Shown here: piece by piece, positions 50,028 through 58,354 of the stretch | Layout: the number at the start of each line of letters is the position of its first letter | Numbering within the stretch: the stretch's first letter is position 1 | Virus record (IMG/VR): IMGVR_UViG_3300028831_000378 | Coordinates: 1-64,000 of that record | DNA from: a virus | Length of the DNA: 64,000 bases | Reading direction: 5' to 3' (one strand) | Made by a program: the position numbers and the translations under genes | The notes under the pieces: model-generated | The model's input: only the letters and a program-made list of their open reading frames with translations | The model's database searches: none | What the model was told of the DNA's origin: nothing

Positions 50028-51377
50028 ATGGCGCTGATGGCTGGAGAGCTTGTCGTAATCCCGGAGGAGGAGCGAAACCTGCGGGGCCTGGAGTTGGCGG
50101 AGGTTCATTTCCCGCCGGAGCGGCGCGCGCAGGTCGCGCAGTTTCTCGACATCCCGCCGGAGTCGCCGGCGCTACTGCCCTATCTGGCGCTCTGCGCGTC
50201 GCTGAACCTCTCGCCGGTCTTCGGGCACGTGTGGCTGATCCCGAAGAAGATCAAGCCGGTCGCGGCGAAGGACGGCGAGCCGGCGCAACCGGCGCGCGTC
50301 GTCTACAAGCCGGCGATAGGGCGCGACGGGCTGCTGCACAAGGCCCGCGAGACGAAGGGCAAGCGCGGCGGCTACAAGGGCATGACGTACGACGTCGTGT
50401 GCGAGCACGACACGTTCGAGGTCGAGCGCTCGATCGACCCGAACAAGCCGCCGATGGTGATCCATCGGTACGCGTCGAAGCCGACGATCTTCAAGGCCGG
50501 GGAGGCGCCCGATCGCTACCGGGGCCGGATCATCGGGGCGTGGGCGTGCTGCTACATCGACGGGGAGCCGCCGCACTTCTACTACGCGAATCTGCGCGAG
50601 CACTCGCGGCTGCGGCAGGTGTGGGACTACAACCCGAACGAGCGCCAGCGCAAGCCGCTGTTTTATGACGCTGCGGGGAAGGCGACGTGGGCGGAGTTCG
50701 ACGGCAAGGGCATCCGCCACAAGCCGATGCAGGAGTTCGAGGGCGCGTGGGACTACACGTCCACGATGGTCCTGAAGGCCGCGCAGTCCTACGTGCTGCG
50801 CATCGGGCTCGGGATCACCGGCGTCGTGCCGGTCGACGAGCTGCGCGACCCGCGCGAGTGGCAGGGGCTCGACGAGCCGCAGCATGGCGCGCTGGCCGAC
50901 GAGCCGCCGACGTTCGACGCTCGCGAGTTCACGGACGATCCCGCGCTACAGACGCGCCTGGCCGATGCGGTCGGCGTTGCGAACGAGTTGGATCCGTTCG
51001 CGTGGGCGGCCGCGAAGTGCCAGATGGTGATGGCGAACCGCACGGACGGCGAGCTGGTGGGCATCGTCGAGCAGATCGAGAGCGAGAACGAGCTGCGCCA
51101 GCAGCGCGCGGATGCCGCGAAGGCCGAGCCCGTCATCGAATCCGATGCCGTGGAGGAGCCCGAGCCGCGTCGCGCGGACGATCCCGCCGCGGAGACGGAG
51201 GTGCGTGCCGAAGTCGATCAGGAGCATGTCGATGTGCTCCGCGCGCGGCTGGCCGATCTCCGTGGCCGGCGGATGGCCGCGACGGAGGAGCAGCAGGGCG
51301 AGATCGTCGCGGAGTTGGATCAGATCGAGGCTGAGTTGCGTGGGCTGCTCGGGCTCGAACCTGGCGCTGACGTCTAG
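50028..51377 (+). CDS. recT: RecT-like single-strand annealing protein
   Basis: ATG after leader copy 6. PALLPYLALCASLNLSPVFGHVWLIP...YKPAIGRDGLLHKA is the RecT core. Acidic C-terminal tail. Confidence 0.7.
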   Translation: MALMAGELVVIPEEERNLRGLELAEVHFPPERRAQVAQFLDIPPESPALLPYLALCASLNLSPVFGHVWLIPKKIKPVAAKDGEPAQPARVVYKPAIGRDGLLHKARETKGKRGGYKGMTYDVVCEHDTFEVERSIDPNKPPMVIHRYASKPTIFKAGEAPDRYRGRIIGAWACCYIDGEPPHFYYANLREHSRLRQVWDYNPNERQRKPLFYDAAGKATWAEFDGKGIRHKPMQEFEGAWDYTSTMVLKAAQSYVLRIGLGITGVVPVDELRDPREWQGLDEPQHGALADEPPTFDAREFTDDPALQTRLADAVGVANELDPFAWAAAKCQMVMANRTDGELVGIVEQIESENELRQQRADAAKAEPVIESDAVEEPEPRRADDPAAETEVRAEVDQEHVDVLRARLADLRGRRMAATEEQQGEIVAELDQIEAELRGLLGLEPGADV

Positions 51378-51386
51378 TCTCGCGCC

Positions 51387-52733
51387 GTGACCGTTCGAGT
51401 GGTGCCGCGGGAGCCGATCCCGCTGGAGGATGTCGCGCGCCTGTTTCCGCGGGTGCGCCAATCGCTGCTGTCGACGTTCGATGACTGCGCGCTGTCGTCG
51501 TACTTCGAGCTGAAGTTCGCGGCGGGGTGGAGCACGCATCCGCAGGCGCGCGGGATCATCTTCCATCGCTTCGCGGCGGCGGTGATGCGCGAGCTACAGG
51601 CGACGCAGAAACGCACTATCCCGGTGCAGCTCGCGGAGCAGATCCTCGTCGAGCAGTGCCGGCAGCACGACGTCGAGCCGCGAGACATCGTTCGGGTGCC
51701 GTTGCGGCAGATGGCCGAGTTGCGGATGGCGGCCCGGAAGTTCGCGAAGGACAATGAGTTCTCGTGGGAGAAGATCGTCGCGGTCGAGCGGCGGTTGACG
51801 GCGCCGATCGCCTACCCGAAGCCGGGCGGTGGGTTCGTGATCCGCGAGCTGTCGGGGCAGATCGACACGCTGCTGTGGGATGCGCCGGACGGCGCGATCG
51901 TGATCGACTGGAAGGACACGTGGGCGCTGCCGCCGGAGCCGAAGGAACGCGACCCGGGCGACTACGTGGGCGAGGATGACGAGTTGCGCGGCATCAGCTA
52001 CCACGGCTACTTTCAGCAGCGGTTCTACGGGTGGCTGGTGATGAAGAACTACAGCAACGTGAACCGCGTGACGCTGCGCGAGTTCTACGGCCGTAAGACG
52101 AAGGTTCGCAAGGCGACGTTGACGCGCGACCGGATGCCGGAGGTGGAGGAGGAGTTGTCGATCCTGATCGAGGCGTTCGATCGAGCTGTCGCGGCCGGCG
52201 CGCCGGCATGGCCGATCGGGTGGTTCGACGCGTTCGATCCGGACACGGGTGAGGTGCTGATCGACGAGGAGACGGGGCAGCCGCAGCGCGTGCTCGACAT
52301 TGAGCGGCTGGGCGTGTGGAAACCGCAGCCGGGTAAGCACTGCGGGTTCTGCGCGGCGTCGCGGTTCTGCCCGGTCGACGAAGACACGCGGATCGAGGCT
52401 GGTGGCGCGATCACGTCGTGGGAGGCCGCGAAGCGCGCGACGGCGGAGCTACAGGTCGTCGAGCGGGTGCGGCAGGTTCTCCTGAGCGCGCTGAAGGGCT
52501 TCGTCGAGACGCAGGGCAGGCCGATCCCGGTGAAGTCGTCGAAGGGCCGCCGGATGCTCGGGTGGTACCAGACGAAGCGGGGCCGGCGGTTCGGGCTCTA
52601 CACGCCGGACGCGTCGGATCGTGGTGGGCATCCCGATCTCGATCGCCAGCTCGAAGAGGCGATGCGGGAGGCGACAGAGCGCGCGCTCGCGGCGAAGCCG
52701 AAGCGGCGGCACCGGAAGGCCGGGAAGGTCTAG
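51387..52733 (+). CDS. PD-(D/E)XK (RecB/Cas4-like) exonuclease
   Basis: GQIDTLLWDAPDGAIVIDWKDTW (D...D/E-x-K). C-terminal Cys cluster KHCGFCAASRFCPV. Confidence 0.65.
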   Translation: MTVRVVPREPIPLEDVARLFPRVRQSLLSTFDDCALSSYFELKFAAGWSTHPQARGIIFHRFAAAVMRELQATQKRTIPVQLAEQILVEQCRQHDVEPRDIVRVPLRQMAELRMAARKFAKDNEFSWEKIVAVERRLTAPIAYPKPGGGFVIRELSGQIDTLLWDAPDGAIVIDWKDTWALPPEPKERDPGDYVGEDDELRGISYHGYFQQRFYGWLVMKNYSNVNRVTLREFYGRKTKVRKATLTRDRMPEVEEELSILIEAFDRAVAAGAPAWPIGWFDAFDPDTGEVLIDEETGQPQRVLDIERLGVWKPQPGKHCGFCAASRFCPVDEDTRIEAGGAITSWEAAKRATAELQVVERVRQVLLSALKGFVETQGRPIPVKSSKGRRMLGWYQTKRGRRFGLYTPDASDRGGHPDLDRQLEEAMREATERALAAKPKRRHRKAGKV

Positions 52734-52933
52734 TGGGCGACGTCGTGGTGATGATGGCGGCGGTCGTGGGCGCCGGCGCGCTGATGGTGTTCGTGTTCGC
52801 GGCGCCGGTACTCGGGTGGCTGCTGGTGGGGTGGGCAGTGGTGCTGTCGTGCGCTGCCGGCGCGGTGCTCGTGCGCCGCGAGATCAGGTCGATGCAGGGC
52901 AACGGAGAGGGAGGGCTGAAGGGTGGGCTATGA
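52733..52933 (+). CDS. small two-TM membrane protein (66 aa)
   Basis: GTG overlaps the upstream TAG. VVMMAAVVGAGALMVFVFAAPVLGWLLVGWAVVLSCAAGAVLV. Confidence 0.5.
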   Translation: MGDVVVMMAAVVGAGALMVFVFAAPVLGWLLVGWAVVLSCAAGAVLVRREIRSMQGNGEGGLKGGL

Positions 52934-53111
52934 CCGAAGTGATCCGGCGACGTGGCGGCCGCCGGTGAATCCGAAGCTGACGTGGCGTGCGAAACATCTG
53001 TGGCGGCGGCTGTGGGCGATCGAGGTCGTCCGGGAGGACGGGTCGGCGGTAACGGTCGCGTGGCGGCTGAGCGAGGCCGCCGCGAACCGCTTCGTCGAGC
53101 GCCGGCGATGA
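52923..53111 (+). CDS. hypothetical protein
   Basis: ORF-track frame with a GTG start. Confidence 0.45.
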   Translation: MGYDRSDPATWRPPVNPKLTWRAKHLWRRLWAIEVVREDGSAVTVAWRLSEAAANRFVERRR

Positions 53112-53713
53112 AACAGACGGCACTGAAGAGGAGCGCTCCACTGGAGCGCCGGACGGAGTTGCGCGCGGACCCGGAGACGACGCGCGAATGGGTGCAGCGC
53201 GCTCGCGAGGCCGGCCTGTCGACGGATCCGATCAAGCTGGAGGAGTTCATCCGCCGGGGCCGGAAACGGATGGGTAGCCGGGCGAAACGGCGCGTCGCGT
53301 TCGCGACACGAGCGGCGGGCGAAGGTCCGCTATCTCCGGAGGAATGGCGGCGGCAGGTCGCGCTGGCGACGGACCTGCGCTGTATCGTCACGGGAACCCG
53401 AGCCGCTGATGTCTTCGACCCTGCCTTCGACGCGCATCACCCTTTGCCGAAGTCTGAGCTTCGAGCGAGAGGTCTGCACGCGTTCGTCTATGACGCGCGC
53501 AATGGCGTGTTCGTCGCGGAGCAGGTGCACGTTGCGCATGAGTACGGCGCCGGCGACGAGGACAGAATCCCGCGCGATCGGTTGCCGGCGCGGGTGTGGG
53601 AGTTCGCCGCGGAGATGGACGAGCTGGGGCGAGGGAAGTGGGCGACCGCGATGGTCGAACGGAAGCATCCGGCGGCGGGACGCAGCCGCAGCAGTCGAGT
53701 ACGGAGGGTCTGA
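53108..53713 (+). CDS. HNH-like nuclease (putative)
   Basis: ATGA overlap. CIVTG...FDAHHPLPKSELR...NGVFVAEQVHVAHE (H-N-H order). Basic N-terminus MKQTALKRSAPLERR. Confidence 0.5.
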   Translation: MKQTALKRSAPLERRTELRADPETTREWVQRAREAGLSTDPIKLEEFIRRGRKRMGSRAKRRVAFATRAAGEGPLSPEEWRRQVALATDLRCIVTGTRAADVFDPAFDAHHPLPKSELRARGLHAFVYDARNGVFVAEQVHVAHEYGAGDEDRIPRDRLPARVWEFAAEMDELGRGKWATAMVERKHPAAGRSRSSRVRRV

Positions 53714-53714
53714 A

Positions 53715-54266
53715 GTGCCTACAGATACGGAGACGGGAATCACGCCGGTCGCGGCGGACGGCGAGCCGAACGCGGCGTCGCTTGACGCCAAGCGCGCGGC
53801 GAAGAGCAACGGCGGTGGCGGGTCGATGGCCGATCGCGCCGCGGCGGAGGAGCAGCGCCGTCTCGACGAGGAGGACGGGAAGCTGCCGGTCGGCGACGCC
53901 GGCGCCGGCGAGGGCGAGGAGGACGACGGGCAGACGTTCGTGTGGGAGCAGGGCCGGAAGGTCACGCTCTCGACGCTGATCGCGCGTGGCGTCCCGATCG
54001 AGCATCACTTCGTGTTCGGCGGGAAGCGCTCGAAGGGCTCGGGCGGCCTGATGGGCTTCGACGCGAAGCCGCTGATGATCGTCCGCGGCAAGCCGAGCAC
54101 GGTGAAGATCGTCCCGACGTACAAGGACGACGAGACGGTCGAGAAGGTCGCGATCGAGAACCACGTGGCTGCGGTGATCGTGCAGCCGGCCGACTCGGAC
54201 GAGGGGCTGGCGATGATCAGCCACATTCTCGACGAGCGCGGCTACTCGCGTGCCGGCAAGGGCTGA
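53715..54266 (+). CDS. hypothetical protein
   Basis: GGAGGG RBS at 53703-53708, then GTG 53715. Confidence 0.55.
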   Translation: MPTDTETGITPVAADGEPNAASLDAKRAAKSNGGGGSMADRAAAEEQRRLDEEDGKLPVGDAGAGEGEEDDGQTFVWEQGRKVTLSTLIARGVPIEHHFVFGGKRSKGSGGLMGFDAKPLMIVRGKPSTVKIVPTYKDDETVEKVAIENHVAAVIVQPADSDEGLAMISHILDERGYSRAGKG

Positions 54267-54433
54267 TGCGCGACTCGGAGCGTCTGCGGCGGTTCGCTGA
54301 GCAGATGCGCGGGCGGGCCGTCACGATCCGGTCGACGGACGATCCGGATCCGGAGGCGACGGCGCGGCAGCTCGACGAGATCCGCGAGGACGTCGAGCGG
54401 TTGCGCGACGAGCGGGCGGCGCAGGCGCGTTAG
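54266..54433 (+). CDS. small helical protein (55 aa)
   Basis: TGATG coupling. Confidence 0.45.
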   Translation: MRDSERLRRFAEQMRGRAVTIRSTDDPDPEATARQLDEIREDVERLRDERAAQAR

Positions 54434-54446
54434 CCCGAGAACGACG

Positions 54447-54473
54447 ACGGGCCGGCTGTGTGGGCCGGCCCGT
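54447..54473 (+). terminator. stem-loop terminator
   Basis: 9-bp perfect stem ACGGGCCGG / CCGGCCCGT with a 9-nt loop, 14 nt after the stop. Confidence 0.5.
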
Positions 54474-54517
54474 CTGACGGTTCGCAGTCCCCCACGACGA
54501 AGAAGGGAAGTAGCCCG

Positions 54518-55441
54518 GTGAACGATAGGACGTCCCGCGGACGGGACGCAAAGGTGGTCGTAAGGAGCGCGCGCAGTGTGCCCGTAGCGGTGGTAGATCG
54601 AGGTGATCTCGCGCGGCTACACGAGGTCTTCGACGGCCGGAAGCTGGCGGTTGCGCGCTCGATCTACCTCGCGCTGCACGAGCGCGACGCGGACTCCGAT
54701 CGGGAGTTCACGCGCGGCGAGTTGGCGAACGACGCCGGCGTCTCGAAGAAGACGCTGGACGAGTACGTGCCGGTGTTCGAGGAGGCCGAACTGCTGCACG
54801 TCGAGCGTCGGCGCGAAGGCGACGTGAATCTGCCGAACGTGTGGACGCTGATCAGCGCTCGTCCGGGGGGGTGGGTACGGAGCGTGCCCCCTGGGCACGG
54901 GGACCACCCGGTACATCCTTCCACAGACGAAGCTAGGACTGACGTGGTGGTGGAAGACGGCACCGGGGCGTCCGCGTGCCTACCCGGGCTGTCGAGCGCG
55001 AGCGACCTGGAGCGGTGGCTCGCGTCGGCGACGGGCGAGGGCGCCGCCGGCGATCTCGTGAAGGACGGTTACGAGCTGCTGCGCCGGAAGACGAAGGTGG
55101 ACGGGCGGCTGGTGACGCGCGAGGAGATGGCGATCGTGATCGACGTGATCGCGGAGTTCAATGCGCAGTCGGGCTCGGGCTTCGGGGTCGGCGCGCACGT
55201 GAAGCCGATCGTCGGGCGGATCCGCGAGCGCGCGTCGATGCCGGCCGATCAGCACGTGCGGCTGGTGCAGTCGGCGTGGCGGATCAAGTGGTGGGAGAGG
55301 TCGGGTCGGGGGAGACGTCCGACGCCGGCTGTGATCTACGGGAATGCGGGCGTGTTCGAGCAGGTCATTCAGGATGCGGTAGACGAGCGGGCGGGGCGTG
55401 CTGCGCAGGCGCCGGCGAAGCGATTCACGAGGGAGGACTGA
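54518..55441 (+). CDS. replication initiator/organiser: wHTH plus conserved phage C-terminal domain (DnaD-like)
   Basis: FTRGELANDAGVSKKTLDEYVPVFEEAELLHV is the wHTH. C-terminal VIDVIAEFNAQSG...IVGRIRE...VRLVQSAWRIKWWE...PTPAVIYG resembles the TIGR02220-type domain. The start (GTG 54518) is uncertain. Confidence 0.6.
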   Translation: MNDRTSRGRDAKVVVRSARSVPVAVVDRGDLARLHEVFDGRKLAVARSIYLALHERDADSDREFTRGELANDAGVSKKTLDEYVPVFEEAELLHVERRREGDVNLPNVWTLISARPGGWVRSVPPGHGDHPVHPSTDEARTDVVVEDGTGASACLPGLSSASDLERWLASATGEGAAGDLVKDGYELLRRKTKVDGRLVTREEMAIVIDVIAEFNAQSGSGFGVGAHVKPIVGRIRERASMPADQHVRLVQSAWRIKWWERSGRGRRPTPAVIYGNAGVFEQVIQDAVDERAGRAAQAPAKRFTRED

Positions 55442-55671
55442 TGGACGACGATGTGGTGGAAGGGCTGCGGCTGGAGTTGGCGCAGGCGGAGGACGTGCTC
55501 GCGGAGGCCGCGGGCGCGATGGAGGCGCTGCCGGTGCGGTGGCGTCGTCGGCTGACGCGCAAGGGTCTGAGCGCGGCGCGGCTGCGCCGTGCGGCGACGG
55601 ATGCGCATTGGGCGCTGATGGGCTCGACGAGCCCGCCGCCGCCGGCGGCGTCGATGGAGCTGGAGGGCTGA
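55441..55671 (+). CDS. hypothetical protein
   Basis: TGATG coupling at both ends. Confidence 0.5.
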   Translation: MDDDVVEGLRLELAQAEDVLAEAAGAMEALPVRWRRRLTRKGLSAARLRRAATDAHWALMGSTSPPPPAASMELEG

Positions 55672-56516
55672 TGGACGACACGGCGTTGGGTCGGCCGCCG
55701 CGCCACGAGCGCCCGGCGACACGGAGCGCTCCGCGGACGACGCCGGCGTTCGAGGTCGACGGCGAGTCGCGGCGCGAGTGCGGCTCGTGTGGTGCGGAGG
55801 TGGTGCTCCGGATCGACGGGAAGCTGCCGCCGTTCATCCGCGAGATCGCGGTGCGTCGGCTGCACGGCGACGCGCCGGTGCTGTGCGACGAGTGCACTGC
55901 ACTGAGTGACGCGCGCGCGCGCGCGGAGGAGGAGGCCGAGCGCCGCGAGCTGATGCTGTCCGAGCGCCGGCGCCGCTCGGGCATCCCGCCGAAGTGGGCG
56001 GAGCAGACGTTCGAGGTGCTGGAGGACGACACGCCGCGCGTGCGCGCGCTGATGCGCGCCCGGGAGTGGGCGGCCGGTGACGTTGACGGGCTCGTGCTGT
56101 GGGGGGCGGTCGGTCGCGGGAAGACCGCGATAGCTGCGGCTGCCGCGAACGCGCGGATGGAGAGGTCCGGGGTGCGGTGGCTGTCCGTCGCGTCGCTGCT
56201 GATGGATCTGTCGCACTCGTTCGGCTCGCCGGAGCACGCGCGCGCGCTGCGGGCGCTGGAGGCTGCCGGCAGTGAGTCTGCGCTCGTGCTGGACGATCTG
56301 GACAAGGGCAAGCCGAACGAGCATCAGACGCAACCGCTGTACGTGGCGGTGAACGGCTGGATCGAGGCGAAGCTGCCGCTGCTGGTGACGCTGAACCGGG
56401 ATCTCGACGAGCTGGAGCGGTGGCTGCCGGAGTCGTTCGGCGAGGCGATCTCGTCGCGGCTGGCGGGATACTGCAAGGTGCAGCAGGTGGGCGGCGTCGA
56501 TCGGAGGCTGACGTGA
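55671..56516 (+). CDS. DnaC/IstB-like AAA+ helicase loader with N-terminal zinc ribbon
   Basis: Walker A GAVGRGKT and Walker B LVLDDLD. N-terminal CGSCG...CDEC. Confidence 0.75.
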   Translation: MDDTALGRPPRHERPATRSAPRTTPAFEVDGESRRECGSCGAEVVLRIDGKLPPFIREIAVRRLHGDAPVLCDECTALSDARARAEEEAERRELMLSERRRRSGIPPKWAEQTFEVLEDDTPRVRALMRAREWAAGDVDGLVLWGAVGRGKTAIAAAAANARMERSGVRWLSVASLLMDLSHSFGSPEHARALRALEAAGSESALVLDDLDKGKPNEHQTQPLYVAVNGWIEAKLPLLVTLNRDLDELERWLPESFGEAISSRLAGYCKVQQVGGVDRRLT

Positions 56517-57466
56517 ACACGGGGATCGAGCGAGACGACGGGCAGCTAGGGCTCGTCGCCGGCGAGAACCCGGACGACGTGGTGAGGCGCGCTCGACGAG
56601 AGTTCGCGCCGATCAGGGCGTTCTGCCTGTTCTCGGGCGGCAGCGACAGCGCGGCGCTCGCGGTGCGGTGCCGTGACCACTACGACGAGCTGGCGTTCGT
56701 CGACACGGGGACGGCCGTGCCCGGCGTAGTGGAGTACATCCGCGAGTTCGCGGCCTGGAGCGGAAAGCCGCTACGCGAGCTGCGCGAGTACGAGGACGAT
56801 CCGTTTCAAGCGTTCCGCGATCTCGTGCTCGGGCTCGGCGAGGAGGAACGTCCATGCGCCGCGTGCGGGGGGAAGAAGCTCCCGGGCTGCGAGGTATGCG
56901 GCGGGACGGGCTTTGCGCCGCCGCTCGGGTTCCCGGGGCCGGGCCAGCACGGCAGGGCGTATAACCGGCTGAAGGAGCGCCAACTCGAACGGCTACTCCG
57001 CGAGACGAAGTGCGGTGCGCCGCGATCGGCGAAGGTGCTCTACCTGACGGGGGTGCGGCGTGCTGAGAGCCGCAGACGCGCGACGCGCGCGGCGATTACG
57101 CGGAAGCGCGGGACGGTGTACGCGAACCCGCTGATCGACTGGAGCAACGCGCAGACGCGGCTGTATCTCGCTCGCTCGGGCGCGCCGCGGTCAGACGTCG
57201 CGGCGCTGCTACATCGCTCGGGAGAGTGCAACTGCGGCGCGTTCGCGTCGGCGGCGACGGAGCGCGCGATGATGAAGTCGCTGTGGCCGGCGTGGTGGGG
57301 ACGAATCGAGGCGCTGGAGGCTGAGGCGGAAGCGCGCGGGATCCGCTGGTGCCGGTGGGGCGGATATGACCGCGAGGGCAACCGCGCGACGACGGTGGTG
57401 CGTGAAGTGGCTGGCGAGCTATGCCAGTCGTGTGAGCTACGGCTATTTGCGGAGGTGGCAGCGTGA
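56513..57466 (+). CDS. PP-loop / PAPS-reductase-family protein with inserted DnaJ-type zinc finger
   Basis: GTGA overlap. PP-loop FSGGSDS. Insertion CAACGGKK...CEVCGGTG (CxxCxGxG-like). C-terminal GECNCG. Confidence 0.65.
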   Translation: MNTGIERDDGQLGLVAGENPDDVVRRARREFAPIRAFCLFSGGSDSAALAVRCRDHYDELAFVDTGTAVPGVVEYIREFAAWSGKPLRELREYEDDPFQAFRDLVLGLGEEERPCAACGGKKLPGCEVCGGTGFAPPLGFPGPGQHGRAYNRLKERQLERLLRETKCGAPRSAKVLYLTGVRRAESRRRATRAAITRKRGTVYANPLIDWSNAQTRLYLARSGAPRSDVAALLHRSGECNCGAFASAATERAMMKSLWPAWWGRIEALEAEAEARGIRWCRWGGYDREGNRATTVVREVAGELCQSCELRLFAEVAA

Positions 57467-57666
57467 GGACGTTCGATGCTGGTGCGGTGGAGCGAGTCGT
57501 GACGCTGATGGCGTGCGAGGCGGCGGCGGCGGGACACCGGCCGAGCGCGCAGGAGATGGCCGCGTGGCGCAACGTCGTCGAAGCGCTGGGCGATCCGATC
57601 CAGACGGTGACGATCAGCGTCGGCATCCCGCCGGCGCTGATTCCTGGGCGCGGTGGGTACCGATGA
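57463..57666 (+). CDS. hypothetical protein (67 aa)
   Basis: GTGA overlap upstream and ATGA overlap downstream. Confidence 0.45.
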   Translation: MRTFDAGAVERVVTLMACEAAAAGHRPSAQEMAAWRNVVEALGDPIQTVTISVGIPPALIPGRGGYR

Positions 57667-58352
57667 GCACCGATCCGTTCTACGCCGGCCTGGAGGAGTC
57701 CGAGGAGACGCCGGGGCCGGAGCAGCCGCTCGTCGAGATGCTGCCGGTGGAGGTGTGGCCGCCGCCGCACGCCGTGCTGGTGTGCGAGTTCGTGGTGATC
57801 GGCGAGCCGAAGCCGGCGGGCTCGAAGACGAGCGGCGTCGCGACGCGGATGGTCAACGGCAAGCGCGTCCCGATCATCGGGCCGAGCGGGATGCCGAAGA
57901 CGTTCACGAAAGACAGCTCGGGCGCGAAGGGCAAGTCGTGGCGAAACGACGTCGCGGAGGCCGGCCTGCGGCTGCGACCGTTCGACGAGCCGTTGGACTG
58001 CCGGCTGGCGGCGGAGTTCGTGTTCGTGACGCCGCACGCGCCGGCGGACTACTCCAAGCGCGACGGCCGGCTACGCGACTCCGTGCGTGTCGCGCCGCAC
58101 GTGCGCCCGGACGCCGTGAAGCTCGCGCGAGCTGTGGAGGACGCGCTGACGTCCGTGCTGTGGCACGACGACGCGAGGATCACGGAGGAGCGCATCCGGA
58201 AGGTGCACGTCCCGAAGGACAAGGGGCCGCAGCGCTGCGAGATCCGGCTGTGGCGTCTGCCGACGACGTGGGGCGAGCAGCGTGCGGCGCTGCTCCCGCG
58301 GTACGCGGCGGACGAGGCGGAGGCCGACGCGCCGCAGGGCGCGCTGCTGTAG
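57663..58352 (+). CDS. rusA: RusA-family Holliday junction resolvase
   Basis: VIGEPKPAGSK ... RPDAVKLARAVEDALTSVLWHDDARI is the RusA catalytic core. Confidence 0.7.
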   Translation: MSTDPFYAGLEESEETPGPEQPLVEMLPVEVWPPPHAVLVCEFVVIGEPKPAGSKTSGVATRMVNGKRVPIIGPSGMPKTFTKDSSGAKGKSWRNDVAEAGLRLRPFDEPLDCRLAAEFVFVTPHAPADYSKRDGRLRDSVRVAPHVRPDAVKLARAVEDALTSVLWHDDARITEERIRKVHVPKDKGPQRCEIRLWRLPTTWGEQRAALLPRYAADEAEADAPQGALL

Positions 58353-58354
58353 CC

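Noticed and set aside
54428-54440. TAGCCCGAG, resembling the TACCCGAGT leader box.
   Set aside because: It begins with the stop codon of gene 54266-54433, has no upstream dyad or -10, and is followed by a terminator rather than an RBS. It is probably coincidental.
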